DNA from: an uncultured Gammaproteobacteria bacterium
Lineage (GTDB): Bacteria > Patescibacteriota > Patescibacteriia > Patescibacteriales > GWE2-39-37
Assembly (NCBI GenBank): GCA_964443495.1
Contig: CAYUCS010000001.1
Coordinates: 405,496-469,495, forward strand
Reading direction: 5' to 3'
Length of the DNA stretch: 64,000 nucleotides
Positions 51,276-60,519 of this stretch are shown in pieces (position 1 is the first letter of the stretch; the number at the start of each line of letters is the position of its first letter). The notes below the pieces were generated by a model that ran no database searches, was not told the DNA's origin, and saw nothing but the letters and a program-made list of their open reading frames with translations. The position numbers and the translations under genes are program-made.

Positions 51276-52199
51276 ATGGCTAACGACAAGAAAACAAAAG
51301 GCAGAATCACCATGGCGGCGGCTTTTTTGCTAGTGTCCGCCATCTCGGCATTCGCCGGGTGGTCCTTTGCCGCGCAAAAGCCCGCTGCCAAGACTCAGCA
51401 GGGTGCTTACCTCAGCCCGATAAATAATTTCATCGACAAGGGCGACTTGATAGTCAACATCCAGCCCCTTCGTGACAAGATGCAGGAAATAGGCGCAGAT
51501 CCGAACATTTCGGTGTATTTCGAGTTTCTGAACACGGGTGCCAATATCGCCGTGAACAAGGACACCGAATTCTGGCCGGCCAGCTTGATGAAAATCCCGA
51601 TAGCCATGGCCGTAATGAAGAAGATCGAGAACGGGGAATGGAGGATGTCCAATGAACTGATCCTGCTCGAGCAGGACAAGGACAGCCACTTCGGCGATCT
51701 TTACAAGTCATCGGCTAACAGCCGCTTCACGATCGAGAAGCTGCTTGACGAGATGCTTATCGAATCGGACAACACGGCTCGGACGATATTCATGCGCAAT
51801 CTGGAAAAAAGCGATATCGAAGAAGTCTTGAACCATCTGGGCATCGAGGACATCTTCAATACCGACCAGCAGGTCAGCACGAAAAAGTATTCGATATTTT
51901 GGCGTGCACTCTACACATCGAGCTATCTGTCGCCGGAGCATTCCGATCGGCTCATAAGAATCATGGCCAAGTCCGTCTCCAGCGAATATCTCGCTAGTGG
52001 CCTGCCTCAAGAAACCGAATTCAGCCATAAGATCGGAGTAATATACGATAGCAAGATCTATGCCGACTCCGGCATCGTTTACCTTCCCAAGCGCCCATAC
52101 ATCCTGACAGTGATGGTTAACGGCAAGGATAAGGAAGCGGCTGAAAAAATAATGTCTGACATATCGAAGACGGTGTATGAATATATTGCCAGCTACTAA
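51276..52199 (+). CDS. Class A beta-lactamase-like serine hydrolase (membrane anchored)
   Basis: SxxK as ASLMK, SDN as ESDNTA, and a KTG-like HKIG. N-terminal anchor present. Confidence 0.6.
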   Translation: MANDKKTKGRITMAAAFLLVSAISAFAGWSFAAQKPAAKTQQGAYLSPINNFIDKGDLIVNIQPLRDKMQEIGADPNISVYFEFLNTGANIAVNKDTEFWPASLMKIPIAMAVMKKIENGEWRMSNELILLEQDKDSHFGDLYKSSANSRFTIEKLLDEMLIESDNTARTIFMRNLEKSDIEEVLNHLGIEDIFNTDQQVSTKKYSIFWRALYTSSYLSPEHSDRLIRIMAKSVSSEYLASGLPQETEFSHKIGVIYDSKIYADSGIVYLPKRPYILTVMVNGKDKEAAEKIMSDISKTVYEYIASY

Positions 52200-55100
52200 C
52201 AATCGGAAACGCAAGCTAAGGATCGGGCTGCTGCTTTTTTCGCTGCTTTTTTCGCTTTTGCCTTTCGATGCCTTGGTGCGAGTGATCAAGGATAGCAATG
52301 TCGTCGATGTGTCATACGTCGGCAAGCGCGCCGAAACGGCTCTTACCGGACTTGAAACCAAGAACGCCGAGGCCGCCCTCCCCCAATTCACCCCCACTTC
52401 CGGCTGGGTGGCGACCGGCACGGCCGTGGCCAATTCCGCCACCAACGTCGGCTCATATCGCGGCGCCGTGGCTTCGGATAACGTTTTCTGGTCACTCAAC
52501 AGCACGGCGGTCGGTCTCAACTTCGGCGTCAATGTCGGCAATTTCGCCCTGAACAACGCCAACAAGATAATTGTCACTACGGAGACGGCCAATGTGACTA
52601 CCGCAAGGCAATACTATATCCAAGTCTGCGATTGGACCAGCTCGATCGGGGTCAATAATGCCGCCGATGCCAACTGTACCGGTGGCGGCTGGCGCACCAT
52701 CAATAATCCGAAAGGCACCGCCTTTGCCGAGACGGCTGACACCTCGCGCACCTTCGAGCTGTTCAACGGCTATTTCTCGACCGGCACGGCATCGGGCACG
52801 CCGATCGATACGCCGCTATCAAACTTCGCCACCAGCTCGGTCGGACTGAGATTGCGTTTCTATTCGACCTCGACCGCGGTCGTCCAGTTCAACCTGGATC
52901 GCGTCCAAGTCGAATCCGCCATAGATCCGGTGTATTATCCTGCCGGCACCAACAATATCGCGCCATTCAACGGCGCGCATACGGGGGTTTATGCCGACAC
53001 CTTCGCCAATCAAAATGGCACCGTACGCCATCGCGTGACCAACACGGCCGGCAACGCCCTTAATTTCTACTATTCCTTCAAGGATGTCCGCACCTACGAA
53101 GGGGCCAACACGCTTTTCGTCAATTATCTCGGCGGCTACGTTTCTGCCACGACCCTGACTTACAATCTCGGCATCTACAATTTCCAGACCACGACCTGGG
53201 AGCCGCTCAGCCCTAACGCCATCACCGCTTCCGGAGCCAATGCCGACCAGACCAATTATTTTGCCAAGAACTCAAATACCATCAGCGACTATATTTCCGG
53301 CGGGGAAGTACGCATCCGCATCTATTCTGCCGTGACCGGCACCCAGACGTTGAGCACTAACACGATATACGTGACGCTTGGATCGACTAACACTGATGTG
53401 GCCCTGTCCGAGGTCTCTTTCGGACAGAATGTCGCCACGACCAGCGCCACCTCGACCGCCACCATCCTGGCTACCACCACCGCCTCCAACATTGACAGCT
53501 GGAAGCAGCTGACCTGCCTGAACAACACCGCCCCTTGCGCCACCACGCCTTACGCCTCTGATTGGGCCGGTACTTGGAATACGAACTATTCGGCCGCCGC
53601 TAATGTCTCGGTGCCGATCACGCCGCCGGCCAACGCCCAGGTGACCGGCATCCGTTACGCCGCCCGCTTCCGCAGCAACGTCACGACCAATACCGTACAG
53701 CTCGGCCTTAGGGATTTTTCCGGATTGACCGGCACGACCGGCGGCTGGATCGGCGTCGGTTCGACCAACGCCTTGACTACTTTCACTTTCACCGAAGGCA
53801 TCTACCAGACCAATCCCGACGATTATATCGATACTACCAACAACATCGCTAATATGCGCCTCCGCACCTCGGCCTCGACTGTCACCAGCGCCGTCACCCG
53901 CGATTGGGACTTCGCTTTTTTGAGTATCAGGTGGGTGGAGAAGACTAATGATACAGTGACAATCATGCCCCAATTCACCCCCACTTCCGGCTGGGTGGCG
54001 ACCGGCACGGCCGTGGCCAATTCCGCCACCAACGTCGGCTCATATCGCGGCGCCGTGGCTTCGGATAACGTTTTCTGGTCACTCAACAGCACGGCGGTCG
54101 GTCTCAACTTCGGCGTCAATGTCGGCAATTTCGCCCTGAACAACGCCAACAAGATAATTGTCACTACGGAGACGGCCAATGTGACTACCGCAAGGCAATA
54201 CTATATCCAAGTCTGCGATTGGACCAGCTCGATCGGGGTCAATAATGCCGCCGATGCCAACTGTACCGGTGGCGGCTGGCGCACCATCAATAATCCGAAA
54301 GGCACCGCCTTTGCCGAGACGGCTGACACCTCGCGCACCTTCGAGCTGTTCAACGGCTATTTCTCGACCGGCACGGCATCGGGCACGCCGATCGATACGC
54401 CGCTATCAAACTTCGCCACCAGCTCGGTCGGACTGAGATTGCGTTTCTATTCGACCTCGACCGCGGTCGTCCAGTTCAACCTGGATCGCGTCCAAGTCGA
54501 ATCCGCCATAGATCCGGTGTATTATCCTGCCGGCACCAACAATATCGCGCCATTCAACGGCGCGCATACGGGGGTTTATGCCGACACCTTCGCCAATCAA
54601 AATGGCACCGTACGCCATCGCGTGACCAACACGGCCGGCAACGCCCTTAATTTCTACTATTCCTTCAAGGATGTCCGCACCTACGAAGGGGCCAACACGC
54701 TTTTCGTCAATTATCTCGGCGGCTACGTTTCTGCCACGACCCTGACTTACAATCTCGGCATCTACAATTTCCAGACCACGACCTGGGAGCCGCTCAGCCC
54801 TAACGCCATCACCGCTTCCGGAGCCAATGCCGACCAGACCAATTATTTTGCCAAGAACTCAAATACCATCAGCGACTATATTTCCGGCGGGGAAGTACGC
54901 ATCCGCATCTATTCTGCCGTGACCGGCACCCAGACGTTGAGCACTAACACGATATACGTGACGCTTGGATCGACTAACACTGATGTGGCCCTGTCCGAGG
55001 TCTCTTTCGGACAGAATGTCGCCACGACCAGCGCCACCTCGACCGCCACCATCCTGGCTACCACCACCGCCTCCAACATTGACAGCTGGAAGCAGCTGAC

Positions 55101-57654
55101 CTGCCTGAACAACACCGCCCCTTGCGCCACCACGCCTTACGCCTCTGATTGGGCCGGTACTTGGAATACGAACTATTCGGCCGCCGCTAATGTCTCGGTG
55201 CCGATCACGCCGCCGGCCAACGCCCAGGTGACCGGCATCCGTTACGCCGCCCGCTTCCGCAGCAACGTCACGACCAATACCGTACAGCTCGGCCTTAGGG
55301 ATTTTTCCGGATTGACCGGCACGACCGGCGGCTGGATCGGCGTCGGTTCGACCAACGCCTTGACTACTTTCACTTTCACCGAAGGCATCTACCAGACCAA
55401 TCCCGACGATTATATCGATACTACCAACAACATCGCTAATATGCGCCTCCGCACCTCGGCCTCGACTGTCACCAGCGCCGTCACCCGCGATTGGGACTTC
55501 GCTTTTTTGAGTATCAGGTGGGTGGAAAATGGCGGCGGTGCGGCAGCTCCGTCTATTTCCGGGTATACCAACTCTACGGAATCGGCCTTGAATTATTCCG
55601 CCTCTTGTACTGATTGCGGCGCTCGCATCGGTCCTGGCGCCACATATCTGCAGACCATCGTTATTACTGGAACGGGCTTCGGCGCTGATCCTGGTGCTGG
55701 TAACCGCGACTCCGCTACGAATCGGATCGAAATCGTCGGACCTACCTCGACCACATTGATTGCTGATGGCAACGTAACCGCTTGGTCTGACACTTCGATA
55801 ACGATTACGACGGATACTTCGGTTACGGGCAATGCAGATGCTGATTGGGGCGAAAATTTCGGCGGTTCTAGCGCTTTGCGGATAACGGCCGGAGGTCAGG
55901 CCAGCAATGCTTTGAATTTTTATATTTTCCCGCAAGTTACTACCTTGACTGCGCCGACAGCGGTCGCTGATGCCGCCAGGGAATATGCTCCCGGCGATTC
56001 CGACGGCGTAATCACTTTGAATGGGACCCGTTTCGGCTCAAGTTCGGTCGGTGGCTGGGTGCGCGTCCTTGGGTGCGATGCTTCTACCTGTTCCAGCCCT
56101 TCGGGCTCAGCTACTACGACTGCCTGGTCCAATACTTCGATTACCGTCCAGATTCCGACAATTATCGCTGACAACGCATATACCGGCAGTGTCGTCATGC
56201 AGCAGGGCGAAGGCGGCGTAGGGCTTCAGCATATTTATACCGCTTCGGGTTTCCGCATCCTGCCACGCGTATCCGGCTTTAATCCGTCAAGCGGGGCTGT
56301 CGGCGATGCGGTTACGGCTAATGGAAATCATCTTTGCCAGAATGGCGGCAGTTGCCCCGCCGCTTTCGGTGCAAGCGACAAGATTGTCTTCACATCCGGT
56401 GTCGATGCTACGGTATTTACCAGTTGGTCCGATACGGCAATCCAGACAGCTGTCCCTGCCGGCGCCGCAACCGGCATGGCCACTACGACCTCGAACGGTT
56501 ATGCTTCGAACGCAATGAGTTTTACGGTCGTAACTTCGACACCAAGCGACCCTTCAGGCCTTGGCCAGTTCAAGGATTCAGGATTGACTGAAAATATCGG
56601 CGTCGGCGGCATTGCCAGCGCCACGCCTGTTTACCTGGTTATGTCGATGCAAGCTGCGGTCTCTGGCGGCACGCTTTATCCTCAAATCGAGTACAAAGCT
56701 GTCGGTTCCGCCTTTGTCTGCGGCGCGGGAGCTTGCGGTAGCGCTACCGAAGGCACTGGCGTAGCCGGTCCGGGGCCGGTCGATTGCGGTCAGACAGGAA
56801 ATAATTGCGCCATCGCTTTGTCATTGGCTGATAATAACTATCACTGGCAAGCCAGGGTGCGTCACCGCAAAAACGGCGTCGACTACTATAGCGCCTGGGT
56901 CAGCTTCGGCGGCAACGCGGAATCAGCCAATGACTTCGTCATCCACGTGACGGCACCGGTCATCAGCGCTGTCGCCTCTTCCACTACTGCCAATTCGGCG
57001 ACCGTCACATGGACAACCGACGAACTCGCCACTAGCCGGGTTCAGTATAATCTGACCGGTTCGTTCGTCAGCGATTGCGCGACTAACAATGACTGCACCG
57101 CGCTTGATGCCAGCCTGGTCACCAATCATTCGGTTGATGTAAGCGGTCTTGCATCGACTACTCCGTATTATTTCCGCGTTCGCTCGATCGATTCGGCCGG
57201 AAACGAATCCATCTCTTCTAATTACATCCTTACTACCGGCGGCGCAGCCCAAGTGGCGGTAAGCGGCGATCTTATCTCGGCGGTTTTTGACACCGCCAGC
57301 TCGTCCGATGGTCCGGCATATAATTCCATAATGTGGCAAGGAGTGCTGGCAGGGGCGGGCCAGAATGAAGGCAAGGTCAGGTTCCAGCTAGCAGCATCGG
57401 ATTGTTCTAACGGCGCTACGAATTACCCGACCTGTTCGGTCGGGTCATGGTCATACATCGGCGGCACCACCTGCGCGGCCGGAGATTGGTATGATCCGGG
57501 CGGGCCGGATATTCCGGCAGAAATCGGCTGCTTCGCGAGTTTCAATAACAAACGTTATTATCGCTATAAGCTGCAGATCTGTTCCGGAGATTGCGCCGCA
57601 AGAGGAACATCTTCCCCTCGTGTCGATGAGGTGGTCGTAAACTATAGCCCATAA
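52177..57654 (+). CDS. Giant surface protein (candidate adhesin) with duplicated 529-aa module, IPT/TIG-like repeats and an Fn3-like domain
   Basis: 1825 aa with an N-terminal signal/anchor and Thr/Asn/Ser/Ala-rich modules. C-terminal region has ITGTGFG... and VITLNGTRFG... (IPT-like) and SATVTWTTDELATSRVQY...YYFRVRSIDSAGNES (Fn3-like). Confidence 0.8.
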   Translation: MNILPATNNRKRKLRIGLLLFSLLFSLLPFDALVRVIKDSNVVDVSYVGKRAETALTGLETKNAEAALPQFTPTSGWVATGTAVANSATNVGSYRGAVASDNVFWSLNSTAVGLNFGVNVGNFALNNANKIIVTTETANVTTARQYYIQVCDWTSSIGVNNAADANCTGGGWRTINNPKGTAFAETADTSRTFELFNGYFSTGTASGTPIDTPLSNFATSSVGLRLRFYSTSTAVVQFNLDRVQVESAIDPVYYPAGTNNIAPFNGAHTGVYADTFANQNGTVRHRVTNTAGNALNFYYSFKDVRTYEGANTLFVNYLGGYVSATTLTYNLGIYNFQTTTWEPLSPNAITASGANADQTNYFAKNSNTISDYISGGEVRIRIYSAVTGTQTLSTNTIYVTLGSTNTDVALSEVSFGQNVATTSATSTATILATTTASNIDSWKQLTCLNNTAPCATTPYASDWAGTWNTNYSAAANVSVPITPPANAQVTGIRYAARFRSNVTTNTVQLGLRDFSGLTGTTGGWIGVGSTNALTTFTFTEGIYQTNPDDYIDTTNNIANMRLRTSASTVTSAVTRDWDFAFLSIRWVEKTNDTVTIMPQFTPTSGWVATGTAVANSATNVGSYRGAVASDNVFWSLNSTAVGLNFGVNVGNFALNNANKIIVTTETANVTTARQYYIQVCDWTSSIGVNNAADANCTGGGWRTINNPKGTAFAETADTSRTFELFNGYFSTGTASGTPIDTPLSNFATSSVGLRLRFYSTSTAVVQFNLDRVQVESAIDPVYYPAGTNNIAPFNGAHTGVYADTFANQNGTVRHRVTNTAGNALNFYYSFKDVRTYEGANTLFVNYLGGYVSATTLTYNLGIYNFQTTTWEPLSPNAITASGANADQTNYFAKNSNTISDYISGGEVRIRIYSAVTGTQTLSTNTIYVTLGSTNTDVALSEVSFGQNVATTSATSTATILATTTASNIDSWKQLTCLNNTAPCATTPYASDWAGTWNTNYSAAANVSVPITPPANAQVTGIRYAARFRSNVTTNTVQLGLRDFSGLTGTTGGWIGVGSTNALTTFTFTEGIYQTNPDDYIDTTNNIANMRLRTSASTVTSAVTRDWDFAFLSIRWVENGGGAAAPSISGYTNSTESALNYSASCTDCGARIGPGATYLQTIVITGTGFGADPGAGNRDSATNRIEIVGPTSTTLIADGNVTAWSDTSITITTDTSVTGNADADWGENFGGSSALRITAGGQASNALNFYIFPQVTTLTAPTAVADAAREYAPGDSDGVITLNGTRFGSSSVGGWVRVLGCDASTCSSPSGSATTTAWSNTSITVQIPTIIADNAYTGSVVMQQGEGGVGLQHIYTASGFRILPRVSGFNPSSGAVGDAVTANGNHLCQNGGSCPAAFGASDKIVFTSGVDATVFTSWSDTAIQTAVPAGAATGMATTTSNGYASNAMSFTVVTSTPSDPSGLGQFKDSGLTENIGVGGIASATPVYLVMSMQAAVSGGTLYPQIEYKAVGSAFVCGAGACGSATEGTGVAGPGPVDCGQTGNNCAIALSLADNNYHWQARVRHRKNGVDYYSAWVSFGGNAESANDFVIHVTAPVISAVASSTTANSATVTWTTDELATSRVQYNLTGSFVSDCATNNDCTALDASLVTNHSVDVSGLASTTPYYFRVRSIDSAGNESISSNYILTTGGAAQVAVSGDLISAVFDTASSSDGPAYNSIMWQGVLAGAGQNEGKVRFQLAASDCSNGATNYPTCSVGSWSYIGGTTCAAGDWYDPGGPDIPAEIGCFASFNNKRYYRYKLQICSGDCAARGTSSPRVDEVVVNYSP
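52381..53939 (+). repeat. Tandem duplication, copy 1 (1559 bp)
   Basis: Identical to 53968-55526 (offset 1587 bp) as far as I can read. The main-frame translation and three off-frame ORF pairs are identical at this offset. Confidence 0.9.
53968..55526 (+). repeat. Tandem duplication, copy 2 (1559 bp)
   Basis: See copy 1. The copies are joined by a 28-bp linker (53940-53967) that keeps the reading frame. Confidence 0.9.
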
Positions 57655-57658
57655 AATT

Positions 57659-58327
57659 ATGCAGAAAATCAAGATAAAAAAACTGTTGGCCATCTTGGCG
57701 GCGATACTTTTCCTGGCCGGCGTTCTAGTGTTCGTTCAGAGCCGCACGTTCAGGCGCCTTGCGCCCATGTTGACAGGAGGTAGGGTCATCGAAGAGGACT
57801 TGTCGATTCCCGACCTTAAGAACGCCAATGGAATCGATGGACGATCGCTGAATGCAAGTCCTTATCTGACCCCGTTGGCGCCTAAGTCTGCCAGCGAGAG
57901 GGTTGTCATTCCTTTGGCAAAGCTGACGCTGAAACAGGGCTTGCTTCTGTCGCAAGCAAATGCCGGCAATTGGTCAAGCGATGCAAAATTGATTTATGCC
58001 AAATCGTTCGGCGCCGTGACGCTAGATGGCAAATCCAGTCAGTGGCTTTATGTTTTCGGCTCAGAAAGGAAGGAGTCTGCTTCAGGAATCGTGGTCAGGG
58101 GTGACAAGGTGATTGCGGAGTTGGAGCTAGCGACTAGCGAATACGGGCACGAGCTTCCTAGAGAGTGGCTCGATGCCAAAGAGCATATATCGAGCTTGGC
58201 CGCTTCTCCTGATTTTGCCGAGCGGTCTATCGGGGGCTTGTCGCTTTATTATAATGAGGATAGCGGCGCTTGGTCTTTCGGCATCGCCTTGGATAAGGGG
58301 CAGAGCGTTTCAGCGCCATTGAAATGA
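57659..58327 (+). CDS. Hypothetical N-terminally anchored protein in the pilus cluster
   Basis: 222-aa ORF with a single TM helix. No motif. Confidence 0.5.
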   Translation: MQKIKIKKLLAILAAILFLAGVLVFVQSRTFRRLAPMLTGGRVIEEDLSIPDLKNANGIDGRSLNASPYLTPLAPKSASERVVIPLAKLTLKQGLLLSQANAGNWSSDAKLIYAKSFGAVTLDGKSSQWLYVFGSERKESASGIVVRGDKVIAELELATSEYGHELPREWLDAKEHISSLAASPDFAERSIGGLSLYYNEDSGAWSFGIALDKGQSVSAPLK

Positions 58328-58863
58328 TGAGCAAATACCATTTGAAAAAAAACGAAGGATTCACGCTTCTCGAAGTGCTTGTCTATACCGCGCTTCTTGC
58401 CGGCGTGGCCACGATCTTAACTAACGCAATCTTGATGTTGTCGCGCAGCCGCGGTCAAACCATCGCGAAAACGGAAACCAACCAGAATCTGAGATTCGCG
58501 GTCGAGAAGATTGAGCGCGACATTTCGGCATCTTCCACCTTGGTTACCCCAGCCTCTGCCGGAGCTACGAGCAGTTCATTGGTCTTGGCAAATTCGGGCA
58601 CGAACATAACCTATTGCGTTGCTGGAAGCCGTTTAAGGCGGCAGGCTGGAGGAGCGTGCGACGATGCGTCAGAACCGATAACCGGAAGCTCGACCAGCAT
58701 GACTTCCGCGCTTTTCACCCGGCTAGAGAATAGCAGCGCTGATTTCGGCAAGAAGATAATATCGCTTGAAGTCAGGCTCAGCGCTAGCTCGACCAGCGTT
58801 TCTCCTGATTGGCAGTATGGCCAAAGCATCAGGACTTCCTTTGATTTTCACCAGGATTTTTAG
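58324..58863 (+). CDS. Minor pilin (prepilin-type N-terminus)
   Basis: MMSKYHLKKNEG|FTLLEVLVYTALLAGV with E at +5. 4-nt overlap with the upstream gene. Confidence 0.75.
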   Translation: MMSKYHLKKNEGFTLLEVLVYTALLAGVATILTNAILMLSRSRGQTIAKTETNQNLRFAVEKIERDISASSTLVTPASAGATSSSLVLANSGTNITYCVAGSRLRRQAGGACDDASEPITGSSTSMTSALFTRLENSSADFGKKIISLEVRLSASSTSVSPDWQYGQSIRTSFDFHQDF

Positions 58864-58865
58864 CT

Positions 58866-59282
58866 ATGAAAATAATCAAACAACAATCCGGAGTCGCGGC
58901 CATGCCAGTAATTTTCGCCATGCTCGTGCTTATCATAGGCTTGAGCCTCCTTACGGCCAGTTTGAGCGGCAATGAACAAGTCTCAAGCGCTGATGCTGCC
59001 GAGTCCGATCGGGCCCTTGCCGCGGCCGAATTCGGCGCCAAAGATGCCTTGTTGAGGGTGGCGAGGAATAAGGGGTATTCAGCGTCATATTCGGTATCGG
59101 TTACAGATAACGGCTGTATCGCGCCGATCAGGGGTTGCGCGACGATAACGATAGATGATCAGTCCAATCCCAAGACCATCGATTCTGTCGGGCAAGTCGG
59201 AGAATTGATCCGCAAGATCGTGGTCAAGGCTTACCTTGATAGCAATGGCAAAATTCTTAATTATAGTTGGCAGGACAACTAA
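58866..59282 (+). CDS. PilX-like minor pilin candidate
   Basis: The N-terminus QQSG|VAAMPVIFAMLVLIIGLSLL resembles PilX N-terminal domains; it lacks E at +5. Confidence 0.4.
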   Translation: MKIIKQQSGVAAMPVIFAMLVLIIGLSLLTASLSGNEQVSSADAAESDRALAAAEFGAKDALLRVARNKGYSASYSVSVTDNGCIAPIRGCATITIDDQSNPKTIDSVGQVGELIRKIVVKAYLDSNGKILNYSWQDN

Positions 59283-59286
59283 CCAG

Positions 59287-59328
59287 CACACTAAAAAAGC
59301 CGCGCACTGGCGCGGCTTTTTTAGTGTG
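59287..59328. terminator. Bidirectional terminator (42-bp near-perfect palindrome) where the two arms of the pilus cluster converge
   Basis: CACACTAAAAAAGCCGCGC-ACTG-GCGCGGCTTTTTTAGTGTG. Confidence 0.8.
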
Positions 59329-59333
59329 AAGCA

Positions 59334-59972
59334 TTATCTTTCCCCGATAATTATTTCGATGTCATAAGCGCTGGTAACGGCAGCTGCTTCAGTTAGCGGG
59401 TCGTATCGGGCAGAAACGGCTTGTTTGATCGACTCGATCAAGCCGGGGTCGAGCGAATCCTTGTATCGGATGATCGTCTGCTTTAGGGGCGGCGGCAGGT
59501 TGCCTGTCTTGTAGTCCGCGGCGACCACGGACGAAAGGGAAGCTTTCAGTTTTCCTGCCAGTCCGGCCTTTTTCGTGCTATTGGCTATCATGATGATGGG
59601 TTGCCGGTCGGGTTGTGCCGAGATGTCGGAATGCGTCGTGGAGGCAGCAGCAGTCGAAGTCGGTGCGGCATCGTTAGCCGGCGTCGTAATGATGGCAGGC
59701 GGCGTATTTGAAGCGTTTTCGGTGTCAGGCGTAGAAGTGGCGAGCTTAAGTTTTCCAGCTAGGCGTTGGTAGGCTGCCAGATCCAATGACGTAGTAACGC
59801 TTTCAGTTTCTGGCGAAGCCTGACCGAAGCTCCGGTTTATTTCCTTGGCCAGGAATTTGCTTACGGAAATGAAAACGAGCAAGGAGGCCAACGCGTATAC
59901 GCTGAAAATAAGCGCGTAGCGCCAGTGCCAAAGCGAGCTGTTCTTTAATTTATTCAACTCTATTTTCTGCAT
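59334..59972 (-). CDS. Hypothetical membrane-anchored protein with possible LytR_C-like C-terminal domain
   Basis: 212 aa with one TM helix and a low-complexity T/A/P linker. The C-terminal IMIANSTKKAGLAGKLKASL...IIRYKD resembles LytR C-terminal domains. Confidence 0.35.
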   Translation of the reverse strand: MQKIELNKLKNSSLWHWRYALIFSVYALASLLVFISVSKFLAKEINRSFGQASPETESVTTSLDLAAYQRLAGKLKLATSTPDTENASNTPPAIITTPANDAAPTSTAAASTTHSDISAQPDRQPIIMIANSTKKAGLAGKLKASLSSVVAADYKTGNLPPPLKQTIIRYKDSLDPGLIESIKQAVSARYDPLTEAAAVTSAYDIEIIIGER

Positions 59973-60519
59973 AAAAATGACCGTTCAAGGTGATAGATGA
60001 GTTATCGTTCCAACCGCTGCCGGAAGCGCTTTTGAAGGAAAAGCCGTCAACGCTGAAAAAATATGGCAGAGCTTCAAGTTCAGCCAAGAATTTTTGGAAA
60101 TTGCCGATGGTGGCGTTGCCAAGGTCGGCTTTCAGGTCGATGCGGTAGAGCGGCGAAGCGTAAAGCGTCTTGTCGGTCGGCTGAGGGCCGGAAACGGTGA
60201 TGGATGATGATATTCCGTATTTCTGCGCCGCGCTGCTGATAGCGTCGGTTACCGGAGCAAGGTTGCTGGCCGCAGGAATCGCTTCTTTTAGTTCGGCATC
60301 GAAATTCTTGACCTGGCTGATCTGGGCCGCAAGCCTGCTCTCGGAATCAGATTGCGCCTTCAAAAGCGTGAGCATCATTTTTTTCTGCTCGTTGTCATTG
60401 TTGATCTTTTTTATCTTGCCGGCGTAGCTGTTCCCGATCAGGAAGGAAGCGATAACCAAGGGCGATAGCCAGGCTAAGCTTAGGAGCAGCTGTTTTTGTA
60501 TGGGTGTGAGTTTTTTCAT
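59950..60519 (-). CDS. PilO-like pilus assembly protein
   Basis: 189 aa: N-terminal TM helix, coiled coil, then an alpha/beta C-terminal domain. Positioned directly after the PilM/N gene with a 4-nt overlap. Confidence 0.5.
   Translation of the reverse strand: MKKLTPIQKQLLLSLAWLSPLVIASFLIGNSYAGKIKKINNDNEQKKMMLTLLKAQSDSESRLAAQISQVKNFDAELKEAIPAASNLAPVTDAISSAAQKYGISSSITVSGPQPTDKTLYASPLYRIDLKADLGNATIGNFQKFLAELEALPYFFSVDGFSFKSASGSGWNDNSSITLNGHFYAENRVE

Noticed and set aside
52381-55526. Whether the large direct repeat could be a CRISPR array or a diversity-generating-retroelement template/variable repeat pair.
   Set aside because: There are only two units of 1.56 kb with a 28-bp linker, all in one reading frame, so this is not CRISPR architecture. 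The copies look identical rather than differing at adenines, and no reverse transcriptase gene is nearby, so it is not a DGR TR/VR pair.
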